28,551 nucleotides of DNA from Patescibacteria group bacterium. GTDB lineage: Bacteria > Patescibacteriota > Gracilibacteria > UBA1369 > PNNO01. Position numbers and translations under genes: made by a program. Location of the stretch: positions 1 to 28,551 of the forward strand of contig JBHPIO010000014.1 of the NCBI GenBank assembly GCA_042568575.1. Direction: 5' to 3'. This document shows positions 1 to 8,621 of this stretch, piece by piece; within the stretch, counting starts at the first letter, position 1; every line of letters begins with the position of its first letter. The notes below the pieces were generated by a model, which worked only from the letters and a program-made list of their open reading frames with translations, made no database searches and was not told the origin of the DNA.

Positions 1-6
1 CGTGAA

Positions 7-744
7 ATGAAAAAACACCTGCTCTTATTGGCGCTATTTGGAGTGCTAGCAATAGGGCTGACTGGTTGTCTTGGAGTACCTCAAGAAGAGGTTGTTCAGG
101 ATGATGCAACAACTATGACCGATGAACCTGCAGTAGTAGATGAACCTGAAGTAATGGAAGAAGATATGACTGTTGCTGAGATGATTGAAGATTTTGATTC
201 TTATGTTGAATCAGATGTCGATCCTTTACTTGAATGTGCACCTACTTCAGAAGAAGCGTTGGAGTTTATTGCTGGAGCTACAGAGGATGGGATAAAAGAA
301 CTCAAATTAATGGATACTACAAATTACAGAATGACATTGTATTTAACTGCAAATCCAGACAAGGTTGATACAGAAGCTTTCAAAAAAGTTATTAGCGATG
401 GTGCTTGTAGCGAACTTGGTACAAATGATCCGTTAAAAGCATACGATGATTATCTTTTATGGGGACATAGCATGTGTACATCGGGTGGTCCAGCGCCATC
501 TGAAGATGCACCTGATTATAAAGATTTCCAGAAATGCTTAGAACTTCAAACTGAAGTAGCTGAGTATTTTAAAGGTGAAGAACACATGGACGATGAAGAC
601 GACGATGACATTGCAGCATTCGAATGCCCTGAAGAGGGAGCAACTGTTGATTGCGAACCTTTAATTGGTGAAGGTGGTGCAGAAAAAGCAGCTTATTGTG
701 AGTGGGTAGAAGAAAATTGTACTGGAATGGTTCTAGCACTCTAA
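7..744 (+). CDS. Acidic, Cys-containing lipoprotein of unknown function
   Basis: Signal peptide MKKHLLLLALFGVLAIGLTGC with lipobox LTG-C; D/E-rich linkers; several Cys. Confidence 0.8.
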   Translation: MKKHLLLLALFGVLAIGLTGCLGVPQEEVVQDDATTMTDEPAVVDEPEVMEEDMTVAEMIEDFDSYVESDVDPLLECAPTSEEALEFIAGATEDGIKELKLMDTTNYRMTLYLTANPDKVDTEAFKKVISDGACSELGTNDPLKAYDDYLLWGHSMCTSGGPAPSEDAPDYKDFQKCLELQTEVAEYFKGEEHMDDEDDDDIAAFECPEEGATVDCEPLIGEGGAEKAAYCEWVEENCTGMVLAL

Positions 745-758
745 AAGAATCAATCAAG

Positions 759-792
759 AAAGGCGCATGCTCAAAAAGTGTGCGCTTTTTTT
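759..792. terminator. Intrinsic terminator, probably bidirectional
   Basis: AAGGCGCATGCT-caaaa-AGTGTGCGCTTT stem followed by a T run, between convergent genes. Confidence 0.75.
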
Positions 793-1024
793 ATTTAATC
801 TTTTTTAGACCAACAAGTGCGCCCATGATTGCGCCAACAAGTGTCCCAAATGCCATTCCTAGGAATGGAGCAGAATAGTACATGCCCATTCTCATGTCCA
901 TGTCGTAGAACAGAGTGCTTAGGCCGTACATGATCCACCCAAATATAAAACCTGCCAATAATCCTAATAGTGCACCAAACAGAGCCTGGACAACCATTTG
1001 AAAGAAAGGGTCTTTAAATTTCAT
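791..1024 (-). CDS. Small two-helix Gly-rich membrane protein (start MKFKDP)
   Basis: Two GxxxG-rich hydrophobic segments; ATG at 1024 lies just downstream of a consensus promoter, so the 1207 start is unlikely. Confidence 0.75.
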   Translation of the reverse strand: MKFKDPFFQMVVQALFGALLGLLAGFIFGWIMYGLSTLFYDMDMRMGMYYSAPFLGMAFGTLVGAIMGALVGLKKIK

Positions 1025-1058
1025 GTTTTGGATGGTTAGAAATATTTTAAGTGATCTT

Positions 1059-1087
1059 ATTATAGTATGACCGGCCTTTGCATTCAA
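1059..1087 (-). promoter_or_regulatory. sigma70 promoter for 791..1024
   Basis: TTGAAT-17 nt-TATAAT on the minus strand. Confidence 0.7.
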
Positions 1088-1110
1088 AGAAAATGAAGTG
1101 CGCCGGCCGG
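1071..1110 (-). terminator. 3' hairpin of GC-rich unit 1
   Basis: CCGGCC..GCA.TTCA / TGAA.TGC..GGCCGG imperfect stem; no clear U tract. Confidence 0.4.
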
Positions 1111-1185
1111 GGGACCCTGATTCGGGTCGGAGTTGAAGGGTCTGAAGGGTGTCTCGGTCGGGTCGGCTTCTTGGGGCAGCTTCTT

Positions 1186-1650
1186 CTAGGTGGACGGCGA
1201 TCCGCATGTGATTCTGGCGGTAGCCGTCGTCGCCGTCGCGGGAATCGTCTTGATCGGGACCTCGAATTGGAACGCAGCTTCCATAGCGTCCGTGTCGGCC
1301 CAGGTCTTCTCGGTGGGCTCGATGGTCACGAGGTTCGGTTCCAGTGCAGCTGTCATCTCCGTGAGCATCTCCTGCACGATCTCGGTCGGTGCGGCGTCGG
1401 TGTACCAGACCATCTTCGTGCCGGTGTACTTGAAGCCCACCACAACCAGGGTGTTCTTCTCGGCGATCTTCTCCACGGAGGTGATGTCGGTCCCAGTGTC
1501 GATGGTGGGGCCGCGCAGCACGATCTCGCCGTTGGTGAGGTCGATCGCGAGGTACTCAATCTCCGTGAGCAACCTCATCTTCCACTCTTCCACCGTCGTC
1601 TTCCAGGCCGCAAGCGTCAACAACACGAACCGTTTCACAATCTTTGCCAT
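1186..1650 (-). CDS. GC-rich hypothetical protein (unit 1; start MAKIVKRF)
   Basis: High GC3; 57-63% GC in two hand-counted 60-nt lines; GAGGAGG (1657-1663) just upstream of ATG 1650. Confidence 0.75.
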   Translation of the reverse strand: MAKIVKRFVLLTLAAWKTTVEEWKMRLLTEIEYLAIDLTNGEIVLRGPTIDTGTDITSVEKIAEKNTLVVVGFKYTGTKMVWYTDAAPTEIVQEMLTEMTAALEPNLVTIEPTEKTWADTDAMEAAFQFEVPIKTIPATATTATARITCGSPST

Positions 1651-1933
1651 GCCAATCCTCCTCGTGCCTTTGGGGCACATGTGCCAGCCTTTTGGGCTAC
1701 ACAGAAAATGGTCCGAAGCTCCTCATGAGCCGCGGACGTCCCGAGGTGAGTGTCCGCAGAGTGCGGACTTGTACAAACTCAATATATATTACATTTAGTA
1801 ATCTTTCTCCGGCATAACTCGATCGAGTAAAACCAAATAATACTCAGCCGAATAATGCCGGGAAAATAAAATATATAAAATTTCTTCCTTCAGTCTTCAT
1901 GTAAATGATCATATGCACAAAACTGCGCACACT
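1651..1933 (-). promoter_or_regulatory. ~280 nt structured 5' leader of unit 1
   Basis: Hairpins at 1911-1932, ~1805-1864 (long, G-U supported on the minus strand), 1752-1768 (GTCCGCA/TGCGGAC), ~1683-1698 and 1664-1678; boxA-like GATCATTTACA at 1900-1910. Confidence 0.6.
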
Positions 1934-1939
1934 ACGTTA

Positions 1940-1968
1940 ACTGTAAGTAAACATTATGTGTAGGTCAA
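1940..1968 (-). promoter_or_regulatory. sigma70 promoter for unit 1
   Basis: TTGACC-17 nt-TACAGT. Confidence 0.65.
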
Positions 1969-2012
1969 GTAAAATTAGGCAAATCACAATTCTGTATTAT
2001 AATGTCTTCACT

Positions 2013-2567
2013 ATGTATTACTGCAAACTCATCAAATCAAATAGAAGAACACTTTCCCTTACAATAGAGCAGGACGGGACTGTGACGATTCGTGCGCCTA
2101 AAAGAATCAGTCAGGCTCATATCGACAATTTTCTTAAAGAAAAAAAGAAGTGGATTATTAAGCATATTGAAAAAGTTAAAGAGCGCCAGAAGCAGTCAGA
2201 AGATTTTTCTCAAAAAATCGACGGCACAAAAATACCTCAATATAAAAAACGTGCCAGGCAAATTATTACAGAACGCGCTGATCACTTTTCAGAGAAACAC
2301 AACCTCCCATATAAAAGCATTCGGCTTTCGAGTGCAAAAACAAGATGGGGTTCATGCGGCCCTACAAACAACCTGAACTTCAATTGGATAATCATGTTTG
2401 CTCCTCCGGAAGTTGTCGACTACTTGGTTGTCCATGAACTTGCTCACACAAAACACAGACATCATCAAAAGTCTTTCTGGAAACTTGTTGAAGAAATAGA
2501 TCCTGGATACAAAAAAAACAGAAAGTGGTTGCGCGATAATGCATATCTACTGTCTACTTCCTTTTAA
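2013..2567 (+). CDS. M48/YgjP (DUF45) family zinc metallopeptidase
   Basis: RWGSC and DYLVVHELAH (HExxH) followed by HH..FW; start MYYCK 9 nt after TATAAT. Confidence 0.9.
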   Translation: MYYCKLIKSNRRTLSLTIEQDGTVTIRAPKRISQAHIDNFLKEKKKWIIKHIEKVKERQKQSEDFSQKIDGTKIPQYKKRARQIITERADHFSEKHNLPYKSIRLSSAKTRWGSCGPTNNLNFNWIIMFAPPEVVDYLVVHELAHTKHRHHQKSFWKLVEEIDPGYKKNRKWLRDNAYLLSTSF

Positions 2568-2693
2568 TTATTAATGGGAAAATAAAGTAGAGATACAAAA
2601 TAAATAATCCAAGTCCGATCATCAAACGCTAATAATCGCTGTGTACTTCATGTTTAAAGTACTACCAAAAATTCAAACCAAGACTCGAAGATT

Positions 2694-3659
2694 CTAATAA
2701 AATTTAAGAAATCCCTGTAGCATAACGTCGTCGTCAAAGCGTTTGCGCAGGGATTTTTTGTATGTTAGTTTTTTTAGATCGCCTTCCGGCAATACCGGCA
2801 CTCCTTTGCCAAATTCCTTTGAAGAAGTGAAAATGATAACTTGATCGGCAAGATTTTCATTTAAAAAACTTTGCCAAACAGTCGGTCCTCCTTCAACCAA
2901 AACCGACGAAATATTTTGTTTTGCGAGTTCTTTTAAAAGTTCTTTAAGGTCGAAGCGGTTGTTTTTAATAGGGACTTTTTTTGCGAGTTCTCCTTCGACA
3001 TCTAAAATGATTTTCTTAGGATCACGACCTTCAACATGCCTAACATTAAGTAAAGGTTTATCAGCAATTGCTGTTCCTTTTCCAATTAAAACCGCGTCAT
3101 ACCAAGCGCGCAGTCTGTGAACTTCTGTACGGCTTTCCAGATTTGTGATTATCGTTTTTTCGCATTTTTCCTTGGCAACAAATCCATCAGAAGTTTGCGC
3201 GATTTTCAAAGTTACGTAAGGCAGACCGGTAGCGATCCATTTAAAAAAGAACTGATTCAATACTCGGCATTCATCTTCTAAAATTCCCTCTCGAACTTTA
3301 ATTTCACTATTTTTCAGTTCGGAAATTCCCTTTCCTGCAACTCCAGGATTTGGGTCTCGCACGCCAATAACTACCTCAGCAATTCCCTCTTTAATTATCC
3401 GTTCAGTACACGGAGGTGTCTTTCCATGAAAGCAGCATGGCTCTAAATTTACGTAAAGAGTCGCGCCTTTTGCCCCGCCGGTGACTTTATCCAGCGCATC
3501 AATCTCAGCGTGTTTTTCTCCAAAAGCATGATGATATCCTTCCGCGATCACTTCGTCATTTTTCACAATAACACAGCCAACAAGAGGATTTGGTGAAACA
3601 TGACCTTTGCCTTTTTCAGCCAGAGAAATGCACTGCTGCATGTGTTTTTCTTCATTCAT
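2694..3659 (-). CDS. ribD: Bifunctional riboflavin deaminase/reductase
   Basis: SPNPLVGC, HAE, LEPCC..GKTPPC, VLVEGG motifs. Confidence 0.95.
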   Translation of the reverse strand: MNEEKHMQQCISLAEKGKGHVSPNPLVGCVIVKNDEVIAEGYHHAFGEKHAEIDALDKVTGGAKGATLYVNLEPCCFHGKTPPCTERIIKEGIAEVVIGVRDPNPGVAGKGISELKNSEIKVREGILEDECRVLNQFFFKWIATGLPYVTLKIAQTSDGFVAKEKCEKTIITNLESRTEVHRLRAWYDAVLIGKGTAIADKPLLNVRHVEGRDPKKIILDVEGELAKKVPIKNNRFDLKELLKELAKQNISSVLVEGGPTVWQSFLNENLADQVIIFTSSKEFGKGVPVLPEGDLKKLTYKKSLRKRFDDDVMLQGFLKFY

Positions 3660-3707
3660 ATTTAGAAGCTATCTTAAGCAAATAGAATTGTACAATGTTT
3701 CTTTCGT

Positions 3708-3786
3708 TTGACAAAGGGAAAAGCTATGTGTAACATAATCCTCTTTCGTATCGTTTGACTTTATATAAAGTCCTGATATTATAATT
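3708..3786 (+). promoter_or_regulatory. Tandem sigma70 promoters with a perfect 16-bp palindrome
   Basis: TTGACA-17-TAACAT (3708-3736); TTGACT-16-TATTAT from 3755; GACTTTATATAAAGTC at 3757-3772. Confidence 0.55.
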
Positions 3787-3811
3787 AATTGTAACCTTTA
3801 ATACATTCATT

Positions 3812-4000
3812 ATGGCTGGTGAAGCATTAGAAATTGACGGTGAAGAAGTAACTCCTGCTGTAGAAGAAGCGGGTGTTCCGAAAGATGCTATGAGTCTATT
3901 GGAAGATTCATCTGAAAAATTAAGAGCAGCTCAAGTTGTTGAAGGTGATGTAGAAAGAGTTGAAAGAACAGTTGAATATTTGTTAGATCAAACTTCTTAA
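3812..4000 (+). CDS. Small acidic hypothetical protein
   Basis: 62 aa E-rich ORF with resident codon style behind a promoter. Confidence 0.65.
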   Translation: MAGEALEIDGEEVTPAVEEAGVPKDAMSLLEDSSEKLRAAQVVEGDVERVERTVEYLLDQTS

Positions 4001-4067
4001 AATAAATTGACAAAGGGCTTTCAATTTGGTTACATACTGAAACTGATAATCTGTAATTTTATTAGGT

Positions 4068-5018
4068 ATGGTTAGCGCAGATGGAGCTCTGCCAGAAACC
4101 GACGGAGTTCCCACGATAGAACAAGCTGAATTAGTATTGGAAGAAGCTGTGAGTGAAGTTTCGGAGCACGTTGATTCTTCGGTGGTTAATGTTGATGCAA
4201 TACGGACCAGAGCATTAGGCGATGCGGAAACTATGCGCAGCTTTTTTGAATTATCTCGTGAAGATCAAGCAAAAGCATATGCAAGAATGAGTGCGGAGCG
4301 CGCAGCTTTGGCGGAAACTAACGTAAGTCTGAATGCAGCAATAGATGGTTTGCAAGGGAGAGTTGGTGCGTTAGAAGAAAGAGTTAATACATATCTTGAA
4401 GATGACGTAACAGGGCTTCCGGTAAGAAGATATTTTATACTAGAAGCTTTCCCTCAGCTTGTAGATATGTTGAGGAGAATAAATACAAAACCAAGACGGT
4501 TAACACTAGTGCTAATCGATTTTGATAACTTTAGAGGTGCTAATGATGAATTGGGTTATCTTGGCGCAGATAAAGTATTGCGAAGTGGTGCTGATATTTT
4601 ACAAAAGAAAGCATTTAAGCGTGAGAATACAGATAAAGTTGCAAGATTTGGTGGAGATGAATATGTTGCAGGAATTCCTACAACTCCTAATGCAGATGTT
4701 GAGAGGATTTGTAGAGAAACTCTTTTGGAAGAAATGAGAAAACTAAGGTTTGGTAATGGTGGTGATTATGAGCAAACGTTATCTGTAGCGATGGTTACAA
4801 TTCAAGTTACTAAAGACGTTAAAGCTGATCCTCTTACGCTTTTAAAAGGACTGGTACAGATAAATACAGAGAAGTTGAAAGTATTAAAAGGGAATGGGAA
4901 GGATGATGTAATTAATGGAGGGACAGTAACTATTGAAGAAGTTCTTGAAGCAGCTACCAGAATAAAAGATTTCAAGATAGACCTCAAGTCAGAGGAAGCA
5001 GAACCAGATGCAGCTTAA
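4068..5018 (+). CDS. Coiled-coil plus divergent GGDEF (diguanylate cyclase-like) protein
   Basis: DDVTGL, IDFDNFRGANDELGY..ADKVL, VARFGGDEY; upstream TTGACA at 4007. Confidence 0.85.
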   Translation: MVSADGALPETDGVPTIEQAELVLEEAVSEVSEHVDSSVVNVDAIRTRALGDAETMRSFFELSREDQAKAYARMSAERAALAETNVSLNAAIDGLQGRVGALEERVNTYLEDDVTGLPVRRYFILEAFPQLVDMLRRINTKPRRLTLVLIDFDNFRGANDELGYLGADKVLRSGADILQKKAFKRENTDKVARFGGDEYVAGIPTTPNADVERICRETLLEEMRKLRFGNGGDYEQTLSVAMVTIQVTKDVKADPLTLLKGLVQINTEKLKVLKGNGKDDVINGGTVTIEEVLEAATRIKDFKIDLKSEEAEPDAA

Positions 5019-5056
5019 AAAAACAATTTATTAAATCAATTAACAACTTTTTAGAC

Positions 5057-5758
5057 ATGCCGGAATCAGAAGGAGATAGATCAGAAATACCTGAAGATGA
5101 AATAAGATTAGCAACAACGAATCCATATCCAGAAGAGGCGTTTTCGGCAATACAGGGTGAAATCGTGACGGGGGAACATGATGTTGATGAGCAGGCATTA
5201 CTAGTGCAAGAAACGCGAGGATGCGTTCCAGATGAACGAATGGGTGATGGAGCGACAGCGATTGATAGTATCCCTGAAGAATTAACATCAGCAGATGTAC
5301 AGATAATTGAGGATGAAGAGGTTGCTGCTTTACCGCCTATTTCTAATGATCCAGCGCGAGAGGGAATTCCTATTGATGAACAAATTCATGAACTAACTAC
5401 TCAGCAATTGGCAGATGCAGTTGTGAGTGGTTCTATCCCAATACACGATAGGATTACGGAAATACTTCCTCCTGAGCAGATTGAATCTGCATTCCAAGAA
5501 AATGAACTGCAGGGCAAAATTCAAGCTGCATTTGATCGTGAAGTTAATACTTATCTTGGGAAGTTTAATGAGGTAATTTTGGCGCTTCTGCAAGATGTGC
5601 GTGATAAGGTTTGTCAAAGATTTGAAGGGAAGTTTGTTGAAGAGCCAGATATTTTGGTTGAGGCTCTCAATATTCAACTTGTCGTTGAGGCTATTATGAC
5701 ACAGCAATTCGGCAAACTGATTAATCAAGGATATATTCAAGTAGTTAGGCCTGAATAA
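5057..5758 (+). CDS. Acidic hypothetical protein
   Basis: 233 aa ORF; low-complexity E/D/P N-terminus and helical C-terminus. Confidence 0.7.
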   Translation: MPESEGDRSEIPEDEIRLATTNPYPEEAFSAIQGEIVTGEHDVDEQALLVQETRGCVPDERMGDGATAIDSIPEELTSADVQIIEDEEVAALPPISNDPAREGIPIDEQIHELTTQQLADAVVSGSIPIHDRITEILPPEQIESAFQENELQGKIQAAFDREVNTYLGKFNEVILALLQDVRDKVCQRFEGKFVEEPDILVEALNIQLVVEAIMTQQFGKLINQGYIQVVRPE

Positions 5759-5820
5759 ACTTGTATAAAGACTCTATTTTTCATATAATCATCGTCAGTA
5801 CTTAATTAACCAACTTCCAT

Positions 5821-5970
5821 ATGTATAAATGTGCTAGTTGTGGACATACGTCTGAAGAGGCAGGCGAACATTGTGATGCTCCAATGCAAAAAAGCGAGAT
5901 GTATAAATGCGACTCTTGCGGGCATACGTCTGGAGAAGCAGGCGAACATTGTGGTGCTCCAATGGAAAAA
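5821..5970 (+). repeat. Intragenic 78-bp-period tandem duplication
   Basis: ATGTATAAATG...CATACGTCTG..GCAGGCGAACATTGTG.TGCTCCAATG at 5821 and 5899. Confidence 0.9.
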
Positions 5971-6036
5971 ATGTGTGCTTGTGGATCAGGAGATTACGCA
6001 GCTGATTGTTGCGAAGTACCACAAGACCAAGAATAA
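5821..6036 (+). CDS. Small Cys/His-rich metal-binding protein (two zinc-ribbon-like repeats plus SEC-C-like tail)
   Basis: 2x MYKCxSCGHTSxEAGEHCxAPM, then CACGSG....DCC. Confidence 0.75.
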   Translation: MYKCASCGHTSEEAGEHCDAPMQKSEMYKCDSCGHTSGEAGEHCGAPMEKMCACGSGDYAADCCEVPQDQE

Positions 6037-6861
6037 ATGAAAGGGCTCTTAAAAGAAACTTACACAGAATGGCGCAAGGAAAAAACGTCTTTCATGGCGG
6101 CCTCTTTGGCGTTTTATATGCTTTTTTCTTTAGCGCCAGTTCTAGTTATCATTATTGCGATTACCGGAATCTTTTTTGGCGAGCAGGCAACCCAGGGCGA
6201 AATAGTTGCACAGATTCAATCACTTGTTGGAAGAGAAGTTGCTTCAGCTATTCAAATTATTATTGAGAATGCTCATCTTGCTTCAACAAGCCTACTGTTT
6301 ACTTTGATAAGTATCGGTGTGTTCTTGTTTGGTGCCACAAGGGTCTTTTCACATCTTAAATATGCGCTGAATACAATTTGGGCTGTTGATCATAAACCTC
6401 CTAAAAAAATACATAGAATCGTAAAGTCACGATTTGTATCCGTATTATTTGTTTTGGGACTTGCGGTTCTTTTTGTACTTTTCCTTATACTAAACGCAAC
6501 ATTTGCAACTCTTGGAGTGCTCCTAGCAAGTTTGTTGCCTTTGAAGCTTTATGTTTTTCAAGTTTTACAACTAAGTGTATCGTTTTTATTGATCACTCTT
6601 ATTTTCGCAATGGTTTACAGATTCGTTCCGGATGTACGTATAACGTGGAAAGAAGTTTGGGTAGGCGCTGCATTCACTACAACCCTTTTCATGCTCGGAA
6701 ACATGCTTATAGGACTTTATATGCGTAATTTGAGTATTGAATCGGTGTATGGTGCTGCCGGATCAATCATTATCATACTTTTTTGGCTTTATTACTGCGC
6801 TCAAATTTTCCTTATCGGCGCTGAGTTCACAAAAGTCTACGCAAAGTTCACAAAAAATTAA
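6037..6861 (+). CDS. YihY/BrkB family membrane protein
   Basis: AASLAFY..FSLAP, LNTIW, YRFVP, YGAAGS....LFWLYY..QI.L.GAE. Confidence 0.92.
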   Translation: MKGLLKETYTEWRKEKTSFMAASLAFYMLFSLAPVLVIIIAITGIFFGEQATQGEIVAQIQSLVGREVASAIQIIIENAHLASTSLLFTLISIGVFLFGATRVFSHLKYALNTIWAVDHKPPKKIHRIVKSRFVSVLFVLGLAVLFVLFLILNATFATLGVLLASLLPLKLYVFQVLQLSVSFLLITLIFAMVYRFVPDVRITWKEVWVGAAFTTTLFMLGNMLIGLYMRNLSIESVYGAAGSIIIILFWLYYCAQIFLIGAEFTKVYAKFTKN

Positions 6862-6929
6862 AGAAATTTTTACACCTTTTTTACTGCCTCTTGTTGTAAT
6901 AATACTCCTTTATTTTTAACAACATTTTT

Positions 6930-7394
6930 ATGGCAGAAGTTTTTTTACTTTCAGAGCAAGCGCATTACAAAATCCTCAAACTCATCAAACAAAAACTAAC
7001 AAAAGAAGGTGTAGATTGCGAAATTTTAAAATCTCCGAAGACCTCTTTGGAAAGGGTAAAGGAGTGCTTTCATTTGTATCCTCAAAAAATCCCTAAGCTC
7101 AAAGCGATTAAGGTTTCCGATTTAACTCTTGATCCCGAAAATTATAACGTTAGCAACAAAGGCGAATTAATAAAGCTGCGAAAAAAAGAATACGAGCTTT
7201 TGCAGTTTTTTATTACTAACAAAAATCAGATTATTAATAGAAATACGCTTCTAGAAAATGTGTGGGGTCACAATTGCAATCCATTCACAAATACTGTTGA
7301 TGTCCATATAGCCGCCTTAAGAAGGAAGCTCAAAACAAAGGACAAACAACTAATAAAAACAGTTCATGGAGTTGGCTATAGACTAGAGCTCTAA
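6930..7394 (+). CDS. OmpR-type winged-helix DNA-binding protein lacking a complete receiver domain
   Basis: LRKKEYELL..F, LLENVWG, TNTVDVHI..LRRKL, IKTVHGVGY. Confidence 0.85.
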   Translation: MAEVFLLSEQAHYKILKLIKQKLTKEGVDCEILKSPKTSLERVKECFHLYPQKIPKLKAIKVSDLTLDPENYNVSNKGELIKLRKKEYELLQFFITNKNQIINRNTLLENVWGHNCNPFTNTVDVHIAALRRKLKTKDKQLIKTVHGVGYRLEL

Positions 7395-8609
7395 CAAATA
7401 TGTTCGTGCCTCCTCAAGCTGTGAATCAATATCGTTCTCCAGATCTTCAAGCGATAGCTCGATGATTCTGTCTGGCAAAATTCCAACTTCTTCAATATCT
7501 CGGCCAGAAGGAGTTAGCCACTTAGCGATTGTAAGCCGCAGACTTGATCCATCTTCCAACACATCAATCTCCTGAACACTTCCTTTTCCATATGTTTGCT
7601 CACCCATAATGAGGCCTCTTTTATGATCCTGGATCGCTCCAGCAAGAATTTCAGAAGCGGAAGCCGACCCTTCATTAACAAGGACTACAAGCGGGATATC
7701 AGGAAGTCTCGCATTGTCGTTAACATAGAATATTTCATCATCATCTTCACTTCTTGTCTTCAAAAGAACAACCGGTTTGTTTCCAGAAACAAATTCAGAA
7801 GTAATGTCTACAGCTATATCAAGGTAACCTCCACCGTTATATCTTAGGTCAAGAATTATACCTTCGGGATTATTTACAAGAATATCTTGAACTGCTTCAT
7901 CAAACTCTTCGCCAGTATTGTCGCTAAACTGATTTATGCTCACATATTCGATGTCGCCTTCTAAAAGCTCATATGTAACGCTTTCAATAGTTATTTCATC
8001 TCGGACGATTGTTACTTCGAAAGGCTCGTCCACATCTTCTCTAAGAATAGTTAGAGTTATTTCCGTTCCCTTTTCTCCTCGAATTTTCATGATTGCTTCA
8101 AACAAAGTCATTTCATTCGCTGTTTCATCTTCTATTAAGAAAATTATGTCTCCTGGAAGAAGACCGGCACGTTCTGCTGGCGAATCTTTCAAAGGAGAAA
8201 TAACTACTAGGAAGCCGTCTTCGATGTTCAATTCTGCACCAATACCTTGAAGAGATCCTTGTAGATTTTCTTCAAATTCCTTTGTTTCCTCAGGAGTCAT
8301 GAAGACCGTATAAGGATCATCTAGTGAATCAACAAGCCCTTTAATTGATCCATAAATAAAATTTTGATCATTCAACACTTGATCTCCATCAACATATTTA
8401 GAATCTATTTCTTGCCAAACAGCCCAAAAAACAGCCATATCCACAGATTTTGGATTGTCCATAGTTAGTTTTGAATCAGGTGTTGTTGCACCAGTAATCC
8501 TTGAAGAATGTTGTTCTGCAAAATAGTAATAATAAGATCCCTGCCAACCAATTAGGAAGACAAAGATTATAATAATAATTGTATATATCAGGTTTCTTTT
8601 TGCGTACAT
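7383..8609 (-). CDS. ctpA: S41 C-terminal processing protease (PDZ)
   Basis: N-terminal TM, LDDPY, GIGA, DLRYNGGG, SASASEI, TYGKGSVQ. Confidence 0.93.
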   Translation of the reverse strand: MYAKRNLIYTIIIIIFVFLIGWQGSYYYYFAEQHSSRITGATTPDSKLTMDNPKSVDMAVFWAVWQEIDSKYVDGDQVLNDQNFIYGSIKGLVDSLDDPYTVFMTPEETKEFEENLQGSLQGIGAELNIEDGFLVVISPLKDSPAERAGLLPGDIIFLIEDETANEMTLFEAIMKIRGEKGTEITLTILREDVDEPFEVTIVRDEITIESVTYELLEGDIEYVSINQFSDNTGEEFDEAVQDILVNNPEGIILDLRYNGGGYLDIAVDITSEFVSGNKPVVLLKTRSEDDDEIFYVNDNARLPDIPLVVLVNEGSASASEILAGAIQDHKRGLIMGEQTYGKGSVQEIDVLEDGSSLRLTIAKWLTPSGRDIEEVGILPDRIIELSLEDLENDIDSQLEEARTYLLEL

Positions 8610-8621
8610 ATATTAATAGTA

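Noticed and set aside
1078-1798. Long plus-strand ORFs 1078..1728 and 1190..1798
   Set aside because: Antisense shadows of the high-GC3 minus-strand gene, which has the SD, promoter and protein-like composition.
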